Source: Armatimonadota bacterium (GTDB lineage: Bacteria > Armatimonadota > UBA5829 > DSUL01). Taken from it: a stretch of DNA of 64,000 nucleotides. The stretch spans positions 608,001 to 672,000 of the forward strand of contig JBDHZC010000001.1 of assembly GCA_039811685.1 (NCBI GenBank). The letters are read 5' to 3'. Positions 50,967 through 60,161 of the stretch are shown here, in pieces. Within the stretch, counting starts at the first letter, position 1. Each line of letters begins with the position of its first letter. Under the pieces are notes generated by a model. The model saw only the letters and a list, made by a program, of their open reading frames with translations, did not search any database and was not told the origin of the DNA. Position numbers and translations under genes: made by a program.

Positions 50967-53114
50967 CTAACCGGCTGTTTCTGCCGGCGCTGAAGGACGA
51001 TCTCCTGTTGTATTCGGAAGCGCTGGCGGCCGGTTGGGAAGCCCGTCTCGCCCGTTGAGCCTCGGGTAGTAGCGCGCAGAGTAACGGTAGCTGTCCACAT
51101 CCTGAGCCTGCACCCTGTTAAGCACCGTGCCAACGAGCGTCGCTCTGGCGTTTGCAAGCTGCGTGCGAGCTCTGAAATGCGCGGATTCCAGCCTGGAACC
51201 GGCGCCAACTACAACGATCATGCTGTCCACTATCTGAGCCAGCTCCATAGCGTCACTGAAGGCCACTGCCGGCGGTGTATCTACAACCACATAGTCCGCC
51301 ATCTCACCCAGCGCGTCCAGCAGTTCTCGCATTCTGGCACTGGTGAGCAGACGCGACGGATTTTCTGGAATTGACCCGGCAGTGACGAGAAGAAGATTCT
51401 CCGTGGTCGTCGGGAAGATCGCGTCCGCCAGAGTGCATTCCCCGTTCAGGTAGTTGGACAATCCCGGTTCTTTGCGCACGCCAAAGGACTTGTGCAGGGT
51501 TGGGTTGCGCAGATCCGCATCCACCAGTACTACCTTCTTGTGACTTTCAGCCAGAGAGGAGGCAAAATTAGCCGCCGTCGTGCTCTTTCCCTCACCGGGT
51601 AGCGTGCTTGTGATGACCACGCTTCTGGCTCCGGCTTGAGCCGCCAGAGCGAGGAAGTTGGCCCGCATAATCCGATAAGGCTCCGCGAAGGCGCTACCGG
51701 GAGAGTCTCTGAGCACCAGCGTGCTGCCAGATTTCAGGGCGGCTTCTCTAAGCGTTGGGATAACACCCAGAACTGGAAGCTGATAGCGGTCTTCCATCTG
51801 GTCCACATCGCGAATGGATGTATCCATTCCTTCGATGAACAGGATTATGCCAATGCCAAGAATAATCGAGATGAAAAACGCGATGGCCATCTTGACTTTG
51901 GGCTGCTGCAGGCGATAACCCGGCGTAGGCTGAGCGACTCTGGCGTCATCCACCAGCCCGATGCCCTGTTTGTCTTCCTGCTGTTTGTTAGCGATGCGAA
52001 CGGCAAGCTGTGCCTGGTCCAGCCGGTTGCGCAGGTCCATATACGCGTTTTGCGCGGTCAGAAACTCAGTGTTGAGCTGACCGTACTGCGCTTCCAGTTC
52101 CGGGACCTGAGAAAGCTGCGCCTTTGCGCGCCCTGCCAACCGGGCGATAGCAGCCTTCTGAGCTTCTGCTGCCCTTTTCTCTGCCTGATAGCGCGAGATG
52201 TCCCCTACCAGGAACTGATACTCGATGCTCGTTGGGGCATTCTCGAGTGAAAAGGACTTCTTGTACTCCTGCTGCAGCCGGTCTTTGATGGCGTCAATCT
52301 GTTGTTGCGTTTCTTTGACTTTCGGATTCTCATCCGTGTACTTCATCTTCTGATCCATCAGAAGCACGGACTTCTCTGCAAGGGTTTTGTTCAGCGTGTC
52401 CACAACGGCGCTGGAGGGTGCGCTGGAGACGTCAATCTTTGCCTGACTGCGATGCCCGATTGTTCGCTGGAGCTGACTGACCCGGTTCTGATTCTGCTGG
52501 ACTTCCGACTCCGCGCGCGACGCCTGATCTTCCAGCTCGGAAATCATCCGCTTGGCATCGCCGTAGTCCAGCGGAACAAGCAGATCCTTGTGTTGCTCCT
52601 TGAATCCAGTCAACTTCATTTGCGCCAACTGAAGCCGCCGCTGAGCTTTGGTCAACTCGGTCTGAATGTAGTCACCCTGGTTTCGCGTACCCAGATTGGT
52701 CAAGGCGAGAGCCTGGTCTTTGGCTTCGTGCGCTACAGCGTTCGACAGCGCCATAGCCGCTTCAGGAGTTTCTCCAAGAGCGGTCACGGTAACAGTGTTG
52801 CCGCGGTTGTTGGAGCCTCCCGCAACGTCTGAGGTCAGCCGGAGCAGGACATCTCCAACGCTCATCCGATTCTCCAGGCCGAGTGTCTTCAGGACTTCGG
52901 CGGCCACGTCGTTTGCCACGGCCATCTGGGCGATGTCCTCAGCCGTAACGGAGTTCGTCTGAGCGGATACAAATATCCGCGACGTCGCCTGGTAAAAAGC
53001 CTGTGGCTTTGTCGTCTTGATGTGATAAGCCACCAGACCGCAGATGATAACTACGCTCAGAGCCAGGTAGTGCCAGCGTCTTCGAATTGCGGAGATATAG
53101 TTCTGAAAATCCAT
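50967..53114 (-). CDS. wzc: Wzc-type polysaccharide co-polymerase / tyrosine autokinase
   Basis: Two TMs around a coiled-coil region, Walker A GEGKST, DADLR, VVVDTPP, C-terminal Tyr cluster YRYSARYY. Confidence 0.92.
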   Translation of the reverse strand: MDFQNYISAIRRRWHYLALSVVIICGLVAYHIKTTKPQAFYQATSRIFVSAQTNSVTAEDIAQMAVANDVAAEVLKTLGLENRMSVGDVLLRLTSDVAGGSNNRGNTVTVTALGETPEAAMALSNAVAHEAKDQALALTNLGTRNQGDYIQTELTKAQRRLQLAQMKLTGFKEQHKDLLVPLDYGDAKRMISELEDQASRAESEVQQNQNRVSQLQRTIGHRSQAKIDVSSAPSSAVVDTLNKTLAEKSVLLMDQKMKYTDENPKVKETQQQIDAIKDRLQQEYKKSFSLENAPTSIEYQFLVGDISRYQAEKRAAEAQKAAIARLAGRAKAQLSQVPELEAQYGQLNTEFLTAQNAYMDLRNRLDQAQLAVRIANKQQEDKQGIGLVDDARVAQPTPGYRLQQPKVKMAIAFFISIILGIGIILFIEGMDTSIRDVDQMEDRYQLPVLGVIPTLREAALKSGSTLVLRDSPGSAFAEPYRIMRANFLALAAQAGARSVVITSTLPGEGKSTTAANFASSLAESHKKVVLVDADLRNPTLHKSFGVRKEPGLSNYLNGECTLADAIFPTTTENLLLVTAGSIPENPSRLLTSARMRELLDALGEMADYVVVDTPPAVAFSDAMELAQIVDSMIVVVGAGSRLESAHFRARTQLANARATLVGTVLNRVQAQDVDSYRYSARYYPRLNGRDGLPNRPPALPNTTGDRPSAPAETAG

Positions 53115-53132
53115 GTGGGCGCTTCCAGTCTC

Positions 53133-54266
53133 CTAAAGGAAAATCCATCCCAGCGTGCCGAGTGTCTGTATGATCGGACCCAGCGGGTTCTGCTTGTTGC
53201 TACGGACCGGCACATTGATGACGTCTCCATCCTCCACATAGATCTGCTCACTGGCCCCTTGAGCCAGCATCTTCTTCAGATCTATCGGGATGGTCTTTGA
53301 AGATCCGTCTGACTGCCTGCGTACCAGTGTGACAGCTTCTTCACGGGCGTTGGCAGCGGGGCCTCCAGCCATTCCAATTGCCTGGATAACGGTAAGTTTT
53401 TGCGTCAACGGAATCTGGCCAGGCTTGTTAACAGCTCCTGAGACGAAGTAGGAGCCGGGTTCTCCAGAGTCGGCCTCCACGACGATCGTATCGCCGGGCA
53501 TAATCACTTTGTTCTCCCCTATCGCGCCCTTCCACTTGAGGTCGGTCAGGTTGACGCTCTGAGTTGACTTCTGGTCTGAGGAGACAATTTTGGCTGTGGT
53601 CACCTTGCTTGCCTCCAGCTCCCCACCGGCAAGAGTGATCGCTTCAAGAATACGCATTCCTCTGATGAGCGGATAGGGGCCAGGCGCCTTCACCGCGCCG
53701 AGAATCGTAAAGTTACCGATCAGCTTATCCGGAACTGTGATGACGTCACCGTCTGAAATCATCACATTGTTCTCGGGATTGGTATCGGCTTTTAGCTTCT
53801 GGAGATCGACGCTGATAATGCGGCCGTCTCGCGCGATGGTGACACTCGAGAGGTCGGCCGTAGGCACGGGGCCGCCGGCAAAGGCCAGGACATCCCGGGC
53901 GCTCACGTCACCCTGTATCTCCACTCGTCCAGGGCTCTTGACAGCGCCCTCAATGCGGATAGTCGTACCCTTGATCTTTACCGGCTCCAGGTGGACATCT
54001 GGATTCTTGATATAGCGCCTGAGCGCTGTGCGCACCTCTTCCTCGGCGGCCGCCGGTGTCTTGCCACCGACCAGAACTCTGCCGTACTCCCCCGGCAACA
54101 TTACTGCGCCATCTTCCAGAACAGTGTACGTTCGGCTCAGGTCCGCCTCCCCAACGACAACAATGCCCACAATGTCACCAGGCTTGAGAGGAGTCTGTTC
54201 CGCAAACAGCGATCCACACAGCGCAACAAGAAGCGTCACAAACAACAAAGTCAATTTTGAGGACAT
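53133..54266 (-). CDS. wza: Wza-like polysaccharide export protein with SLBB repeats
   Basis: LKPGD, DGAVMLP, three GAV.KPG...AI..AGG...GD.I.VP SLBB repeats. GGAGG RBS. Confidence 0.88.
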   Translation of the reverse strand: MSSKLTLLFVTLLVALCGSLFAEQTPLKPGDIVGIVVVGEADLSRTYTVLEDGAVMLPGEYGRVLVGGKTPAAAEEEVRTALRRYIKNPDVHLEPVKIKGTTIRIEGAVKSPGRVEIQGDVSARDVLAFAGGPVPTADLSSVTIARDGRIISVDLQKLKADTNPENNVMISDGDVITVPDKLIGNFTILGAVKAPGPYPLIRGMRILEAITLAGGELEASKVTTAKIVSSDQKSTQSVNLTDLKWKGAIGENKVIMPGDTIVVEADSGEPGSYFVSGAVNKPGQIPLTQKLTVIQAIGMAGGPAANAREEAVTLVRRQSDGSSKTIPIDLKKMLAQGASEQIYVEDGDVINVPVRSNKQNPLGPIIQTLGTLGWIFL

Positions 54267-54548
54267 GATTCCTCCCCTTGCGTATCCACGCTCATATCCA
54301 ATCATCGGTGCTGCTCAGTACCCCACTGCCCATCAAACATTGGTGATTTTGGGTTCTTACCTGTCGCCTGACGCCAGATTTCGCCACCAGATCGTACGGC
54401 ATCAGGCATCCACTCGTTATCACTGAAGCGCGGCCTCTCCCGCTGCGCCGCTGGTTACAGCTTACCAGGCCCACTCAGCTCAAGAGATTTCTTCCATATT
54501 CTGACCCCACAGCCAGAGTGTACTACCAGGTTTCTCGAGACACAATGA

Positions 54549-55343
54549 CTAAGCGGCTGCGGTCTCTGATGCTCGCCGGGACCCAGACCAGCAGCCCGCC
54601 GCCAGCGCCAGTGGCGCAATGAGCATGGCAGCAAGCAGCGCTCGGCCAGCAAGCCCTGCCTCCCACAACTCAGTAGCTGGCATCGAGTTTTGAACAAGAT
54701 CCGCCTTCACATCCAGAATCTTCGGGTAGAAATCCTGGAGGAAGCTGACCAACTGCCCTCGGGTTAGCTCCTCAGAGCCATAAATCGGAGCTGACACCCG
54801 CACCATGCTCGATACCCCAACAGTTCTCTTCAGACGACTCATGATGGCCGTCTTGAGGTCGCCCTGCCGGCTTCCGGAAAAGTCCACAGCGGACTCCCCT
54901 GAAAGGTACCAGTAAACGACGAGGTATCCTTGTGAGTTTCTCGTCGCTTCAACCACGTTGGCATTGACAGTGCGCCCGTTAAGGTGAAGTACCTGCGTCC
55001 CTCTGTCCTCAAGCTGATATCCCTGGGACGGATAACAGACCTGGGGATCGTGAAAGCTGCGCGACCGCCTCGCGTAGTTGTACACCAGACAGAGAGTGAC
55101 CGGCGCGGAGTCGCCTCTGGTGTAGTCACGCATCAGAAAGGCCTGAGGCGCAAGCTGCTCTTCTATGGGCACGTCGCTGACGTCAACGTCATCTCCCCTC
55201 CAGTCCCTGAAGTCTGAAGGAATGATTCGCTGCGGTTCGAGCTTGTTCTGCAGCTCGGGCTCGGGCTGGACAAACAACCACGAAGCCGCAAGCACAAAAA
55301 GCGCAAGCCCGAGGATAGCGCCATGGTCTCTGAGTAGCTTCAC
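54549..55343 (-). CDS. epsI: EpsI family exosortase-associated protein
   Basis: N-terminal TM, IPSDFRDWRG, FHDPQVCYPSQGY, VVYWY, MVRVS. Follows the exosortase. Confidence 0.85.
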   Translation of the reverse strand: MKLLRDHGAILGLALFVLAASWLFVQPEPELQNKLEPQRIIPSDFRDWRGDDVDVSDVPIEEQLAPQAFLMRDYTRGDSAPVTLCLVYNYARRSRSFHDPQVCYPSQGYQLEDRGTQVLHLNGRTVNANVVEATRNSQGYLVVYWYLSGESAVDFSGSRQGDLKTAIMSRLKRTVGVSSMVRVSAPIYGSEELTRGQLVSFLQDFYPKILDVKADLVQNSMPATELWEAGLAGRALLAAMLIAPLALAAGCWSGSRRASETAAA

Positions 55344-55344
55344 G

Positions 55345-56232
55345 TCAGGCGCGCGCCTCCACGTTTGTAAACTTAACCCGCAAAACCCAGGCTTCGAACA
55401 AGAACAAAGCAAGGGCGGCGGAGTACATTATGATTCCCGACCAGTTGTGAAAGACCCCCATCGCTACGTCCGTGCCATAGAACTCTCCGAGCAATCCAAT
55501 GATCACGATGCGCAGAATATTGGCTGCGACGGCGATCGGAATGGCAGAGGCCAGCAAAACGGCCTTACGCCACCACACTCCTCTGGCCAGATAAGCCACC
55601 ACACTACCAACAAACATCAGACTGAACAGAGTGTTCAACCCGCTGCACGGCGCCTCAACAAACAGCTTGAAGTTGGGCATGGTCAAGATTGTTCCATCCC
55701 GCAATGTTTCAAGTCCGCCGAAGGTCAGCAGATGAGCTGCTGCTGCAGCGGAAACGTACTGAAAGCGTATGGTCAGACTGGACTGTATCCACGGCAAAGG
55801 CACCATAAAGACGATAAACACAAAGGGCCAGAAACAGCGGCGCATTGTGTAAGGCCCAGCGTAGTAGAGTACAAGCCCCAGCGCCAGAGGAATCAGCGAC
55901 AATCCGGAGAGAAAATGGACGTCGAGAAGCGTAGCCGCCAAATGGACAATAAGCGCGCCAGCTATCCAGTTGAGTCCTCGCCCATCGCGACGCTTCGGCA
56001 AAGCGGCCAGTTCATCGCGCTTTTCCCAGAGGAAATACCCGATAACCAGCGGCACCCAGAACCCATGGGAGTAATTGGACTCAGGTAGCATCCACGCATC
56101 TACCATCCATTTCAGCGTGGAGGCGTACACAGCCAGAAGCGCTATGCCGACGGCAACCCATCCCGGAATGGCCGAGGTGGCAGGCTCGTGAGCGGAAACC
56201 GGTGAGGTCTTAATGGTGGCTTCTACTTGCAC
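55345..56232 (-). CDS. Exosortase (EpsH family)
   Basis: YSHGF.VP, F.VFMVPLP, catalytic Cys in VEAPCSG, Arg in ANILRI, His in FHNWSG. Confidence 0.93.
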   Translation of the reverse strand: MQVEATIKTSPVSAHEPATSAIPGWVAVGIALLAVYASTLKWMVDAWMLPESNYSHGFWVPLVIGYFLWEKRDELAALPKRRDGRGLNWIAGALIVHLAATLLDVHFLSGLSLIPLALGLVLYYAGPYTMRRCFWPFVFIVFMVPLPWIQSSLTIRFQYVSAAAAAHLLTFGGLETLRDGTILTMPNFKLFVEAPCSGLNTLFSLMFVGSVVAYLARGVWWRKAVLLASAIPIAVAANILRIVIIGLLGEFYGTDVAMGVFHNWSGIIMYSAALALFLFEAWVLRVKFTNVEARA

Positions 56233-56508
56233 GTGGACAATAAACTCTCCCCAGAGAACGAGTCGAAGAAAAGTAGACAGCGCGTCAGCCGCTGGCAGCG
56301 TCTGTTAAAAGAGATACGCAGCCACATCGAGCGCCAGTTCCCTTCACGCCGGCGCCTTCTCACAGAACAAGGGGCAGACTCACCCTACGAAGGTATCCTA
56401 CCATGTCGGACAGGCCATCGTCTCATAATATATCGGCGCAGACTACGCACGCACAGGAACAGCCTCAAGGCCCCGCCGCGGGAGATAGGCGGGCGCAACA
56501 GTGGGCCG

Positions 56509-57426
56509 TCAGTAAGCGCCGTTATCGCGCTTCAGAAGCGCGGGCACGGTGACAAGGAGGATGAAGAGGTCTTTTAGTGTGCTGCGCTCTGCGATGTAGC
56601 GCATATCCAACTGTACGCGCTCTTCGTACGAGACATCATTGCGGCCGCTCACCTGCCACAACCCGGTCACCCCTGGTTTGACACTGAAGAGCCTCTCTTC
56701 AAAAGGCCAGTACTTCTCACACTCAGCCTCCACGATGGGTCTGGGACCCACAAGGGAAATGTGTCCGAGCAGCACGTTGATCAACTGAGGAAGCTCATCG
56801 AGACTGGTGCGCCTCAGGAAGTGTCCAACTCTGGTGATACGCGGATCGTTCTTGAGCTTGAAGATGCCCTCAAACTCCTTCATTAGCTCAGGGCTGCGTT
56901 TGAGAACATCATCTGCATTCACCACCATTGACCGGAATTTGACGAGCTTGAACTTCCTTCGCCCGATACCCAGACGCTCCTGGCGGAAGAATACCGGTCC
57001 CGGCGAGTCTATGTAGATGACAGCAGCCAGAGCGACAAGCGCCGGACTCAGCGCAAACAGGGCAACGGACGCTCCCACAATATCAAACCCGCGCTTCAGA
57101 CCTAGATATGCGCGCTCGCGCAAGATCGGCCACAGGCTTTCGCCGCGCGGTTCAAATATGACAAGCCCATCCACTTCGGCCTGTGCAGCCAGTTCCGCTC
57201 GAAATCTCCTGCGGGAGCGCGATCGAATATACCAGCCCAGAGAGAAGAGCCCCATGCCGGACAACGTAGCGGCAGCGGGCTCCGGAGCCTGACCCACTGG
57301 AGTTGACTGTGCGCTGTATTCAGCGGTTGGTTGAGGAGGCGCAGCAACGGTCGGCGCACCCGCAGAAATCAAGCAGGCGGCCAACAGACTCATTGCGGAA
57401 ATTATAAACTTGCTGTAGCGTCCCAA
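56509..57426 (-). CDS. Priming sugar (phosphoglycosyl) transferase with N-terminal signal peptide and internal PEP-CTERM-like signal
   Basis: KRGFDI, FF.QERLG, KFRSM, DPRITRVG.FLRRTSLDELPQL, SLVGPRP, KPGVTGLWQVSGR. The N-terminal 76 aa are a signal peptide, a linker, then APEP-hydrophobic-RSRSRRRFR. Confidence 0.92.
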   Translation of the reverse strand: MGRYSKFIISAMSLLAACLISAGAPTVAAPPQPTAEYSAQSTPVGQAPEPAAATLSGMGLFSLGWYIRSRSRRRFRAELAAQAEVDGLVIFEPRGESLWPILRERAYLGLKRGFDIVGASVALFALSPALVALAAVIYIDSPGPVFFRQERLGIGRRKFKLVKFRSMVVNADDVLKRSPELMKEFEGIFKLKNDPRITRVGHFLRRTSLDELPQLINVLLGHISLVGPRPIVEAECEKYWPFEERLFSVKPGVTGLWQVSGRNDVSYEERVQLDMRYIAERSTLKDLFILLVTVPALLKRDNGAY

Positions 57427-57652
57427 TCTCTATGATGCTGACGAAAGACTCGCGTAGACCCTCATAACACTACCCTCAAAGCAATAGGGGACAACGACGT
57501 CACCAACACCACTAATCTGGAGACTGCGCTGGACGACGCACGCCCACAAGTCAGGCTGTGAGGGCCTGACCAGTCGCCGTTTCATCCCGACGGCCCGCAG
57601 CATCCAGGGCGGATCAATACGAACCAGAGGCGCGGCATCCACATTGACTCTG

Positions 57653-57671
57653 TATCATGAAGTATATCATG
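57653..57671 (-). promoter_or_regulatory. Extended -10 (TGaTATACT) overlapped by a CATGATA direct repeat
   Basis: TATCATG at 57653-57659 and 57665-57671. TATACT on the minus strand at 57661-57666. Confidence 0.45.
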
Positions 57672-57750
57672 TGGAATCGGGTACGCCGCAGCACACACCC
57701 TCGAAATCCCGTACTATTGCGTGTTTCAGACGAGGAATATGCGGTTCCCG

Positions 57751-57870
57751 AAAAGCCCGGATTCATCGGGCGCACCCGGCGCCAGGGCTCACGAATCCTG
57801 CTTTGGTGGAGATGCTACCCCTGCAACGCGCGGTAAGCTCCCGGCACGGAGTTCTCCAGGCGATGAATCC
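57751..57870 (-). ncRNA. Candidate structured cis-regulatory RNA upstream of the EPS/exosortase operon
   Basis: Perfect 10-bp closing helix GGATTCATCG/CGATGAATCC, internal three-way junction, and a competing GCCCG/CGGGC-UUUU hairpin. Confidence 0.4.
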
Positions 57871-57984
57871 AAATACTTTTTACCACAAACCGGCCAAAAA
57901 CGACTGCGTCTGAGAGCAATCTGACGAAGGGTTGTAAGCTGAGCAAGCTACAGCCAGGAGCCGTAACAGCCAGGCTGACTCTCT

Positions 57985-58464
57985 CTACTCCGGCAGCTTT
58001 ATAGCCTTATTGTAGATGCCCGGGACGCTGTCTTCGATAATCTGGGCATTCACCGCTTTGGAGTAGAAGTCTGTGGGTCCTGCTGCGCCGATGATGGCGT
58101 AGGCATAGCCCTCTTCAGCCATTCCCTCCAAACAGAGAATCAGCAGAGCCAGTCCAACGCCTTTGCCGCGGTGTATCTCCATCACGCCAGTCGGGCCGAA
58201 GAAGCCCTTCCGAGTGCAATTGTACGCTGCGAATCCGACAATGCAGCCATCGAGAGTCGCTATATAGGCGCTAATTGGCTGATGCGCAAAGGCGACTGTG
58301 ACTTCATCCGCCCATCCGGTTGTGAAATGCTGCTCAACGAAGGTGCGCACAGTGCTCATTTCGTAAGGCTGAGGGCGCCGAATGGTGACTCCATGCCCCT
58401 GGACCCGTACAAGGCTCTGCGCAGAGTCAGGGAGTTGATACAAGCGGACGAGCATATCTGGCAT
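57985..58464 (-). CDS. GNAT family N-acetyltransferase
   Basis: MPDMLVRLY, FFGPTGV...RGKGVG, GYAYAIIG, FY.K. Confidence 0.88.
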   Translation of the reverse strand: MPDMLVRLYQLPDSAQSLVRVQGHGVTIRRPQPYEMSTVRTFVEQHFTTGWADEVTVAFAHQPISAYIATLDGCIVGFAAYNCTRKGFFGPTGVMEIHRGKGVGLALLILCLEGMAEEGYAYAIIGAAGPTDFYSKAVNAQIIEDSVPGIYNKAIKLPE

Positions 58465-58541
58465 TGGCTGCGAGTTGTCTCCAGTTCTCCTTGAATAACA
58501 CTGGATTTGCCATCAATCTGGAAAATGCCTGCTTACCGCCA

Positions 58542-58582
58542 GAAAGAATGAGAGGGACGATATGGGCGATGTCGTCCCTCTC
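58542..58582 (-). terminator. Strong hairpin, probable terminator of recJ-rel-dtd-TPR
   Basis: GAGAGGGACGA-N11-TCGTCCCTCTC perfect 11-bp stem, followed on the minus strand by ATTCTTTCT. Confidence 0.55.
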
Positions 58583-58846
58583 TGGTCCGGGACATTGCTT
58601 TTCCCGTCCCCGATGCAAGATCAGTGAGATGAGGAACTACTCTCTTTCTATTCTCGGGAAAAACGGCTCCAATCTTTTGTGGGTGCGTGGGCGCCGCAAC
58701 AACAGCCTGTGCAATCTGGAAGATAAAAGAGGGGTGAGCGCGCACTCTCAGGGTGTCTGGAGCGAAATCGGAATCCGCAATGCGGAGAAGCGCCGGTAAA
58801 TTGGCTGCTGCTTATCTCACAGGCGGCGGGCGAGATTGGAGGCGAG

Positions 58847-59701
58847 TCAGGACGTAGTGTTGCCGTACTTTTCCCGGACAGTGCGGCGGATAATCTGCAG
58901 GTTGACGCTGTCGTAGTCATCGAGAATGCCGGCGGCTCTGTAGTGAGTTATCGCGTCAGCTTCCATGCCTTCCTTCAGGTAGGCATCCGCCAGTACACAG
59001 TGATACATCGGATCAGTCGGCTTCAGATTCAGCGCGATGGACAAAACGTCGATAGCTTCACTTGCTTTGCCTGCCCTGAGCAGCGTTATTCCAAGCTGAA
59101 GTCCATAGTACGCATCGCTTGGCGCAAAGATCGTGGCAAGTTGCAGATGAGTGATCGCCTCCTCGTAACGATCCAGCTTGCGGTAGAGCTCACCCAGCCG
59201 AAAATGATAATAACTGTCTGTCTGCGCTAACCTGACTGCTGTCTGGATCTGTTCCAGTGCGTCGTTGAGCCTGCCGCATTGCCACAGCGCTTCCCCGAAC
59301 TTGAAGCGGTACAAAGCCTTGTCACCAGAGTAGGACACAGCGCGTTCGTATTCTATTGCCGCAGCCTCCCACTTTCCGTAGCGCCTGTAAAGCTCCGCAA
59401 GGCTAAAATGAGGCTCGGCTTTGCGAGGGTTCGTCCGCACGGCATGCTTGTACTGCGACAGCGCCTTCCCGTTGTTTTCGGTCAGCGCATAAGCATCGCC
59501 CAGCCGAACGCGGCGCTCCGGGTTAGCCTGATCACAGGAGACAGCACGGCGGTACTGTTTGATAGCCTCTTCCCACTCACCCTGAGCCAGATGACAGTCT
59601 GCCTGAAACTGAATCTCATCCGGTGTTGGCGCTGTTTGATTCACCTGGTCTTGCTCCGGATGTCCAGCCTGTTGAGACCTGCGGGTGTGGTTGCCTTTCA
59701 T
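58847..59701 (-). CDS. Tetratricopeptide repeat protein
   Basis: About seven repeats of LG..Y...G....A...Y..A....P. Start uncertain. Confidence 0.85.
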   Translation of the reverse strand: MKGNHTRRSQQAGHPEQDQVNQTAPTPDEIQFQADCHLAQGEWEEAIKQYRRAVSCDQANPERRVRLGDAYALTENNGKALSQYKHAVRTNPRKAEPHFSLAELYRRYGKWEAAAIEYERAVSYSGDKALYRFKFGEALWQCGRLNDALEQIQTAVRLAQTDSYYHFRLGELYRKLDRYEEAITHLQLATIFAPSDAYYGLQLGITLLRAGKASEAIDVLSIALNLKPTDPMYHCVLADAYLKEGMEADAITHYRAAGILDDYDSVNLQIIRRTVREKYGNTTS

Positions 59702-59702
59702 C

Positions 59703-60161
59703 TTACAGTTGCTGCTCTTGGGGTGGTGTGTCCAGTACAATCGTGACTGGCCCATCGTTCACAAGGGCGACCTCCATATGTGCCCGAAACACTCCACTCT
59801 GGGTTGTGCATCCCTCTTCCTTCAAGAAATCAATGTACGTACTGTACAATTCCTCTGCTTCCTGCGGTAGCGCCGCCTCGACAAAGCTTGGCCGGCGTCC
59901 TTTTCTGGCATCCGCCAGCAGCGTGAACTGAGATACGGCAAGAACGCTTCCGCCAGTCTCCAGAACCGACAGGTTCATTTTGCCCTGATCATCTTCGAAT
60001 ATGCGAAGGTTAGCGGTCTTTTCCGCAAGCCATTTCGCCTGCGAACGCCCATCGCCTCTTGCGACCCCCACCAGAGCTACCAATCCTGGCCCAATTGCGG
60101 CCTTCTCCTGCCCGCCCAGCGTCACACTCGCTTGGCGTACCCTCTGGAGAACCGCTCTCAA
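59703..60161 (-). CDS. dtd: D-aminoacyl-tRNA deacylase
   Basis: MRAVLQRV, LRIFED..GKMN, SQFTL, KGRRPSF, NDGPVT. Follows rel. Confidence 0.96.
   Translation of the reverse strand: MRAVLQRVRQASVTLGGQEKAAIGPGLVALVGVARGDGRSQAKWLAEKTANLRIFEDDQGKMNLSVLETGGSVLAVSQFTLLADARKGRRPSFVEAALPQEAEELYSTYIDFLKEEGCTTQSGVFRAHMEVALVNDGPVTIVLDTPPQEQQL

Noticed and set aside
57430..57642. 70-aa ORF in the EPS operon leader
   Set aside because: No convincing RBS or protein features; cannot be supported as a gene.
57716..57920. 6S RNA
   Set aside because: The length and outer helices fit, but the interior is multibranched rather than a rod and no 6S-like central bubble sequence was recognised. Not excluded without cmscan.
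57427..57984. Sigma54 promoter or PrsR-type PEP-CTERM box
   Set aside because: No clear TGGCAC-N5-TTGC or enhancer box was seen, and there are no prsK/prsR genes in the window.
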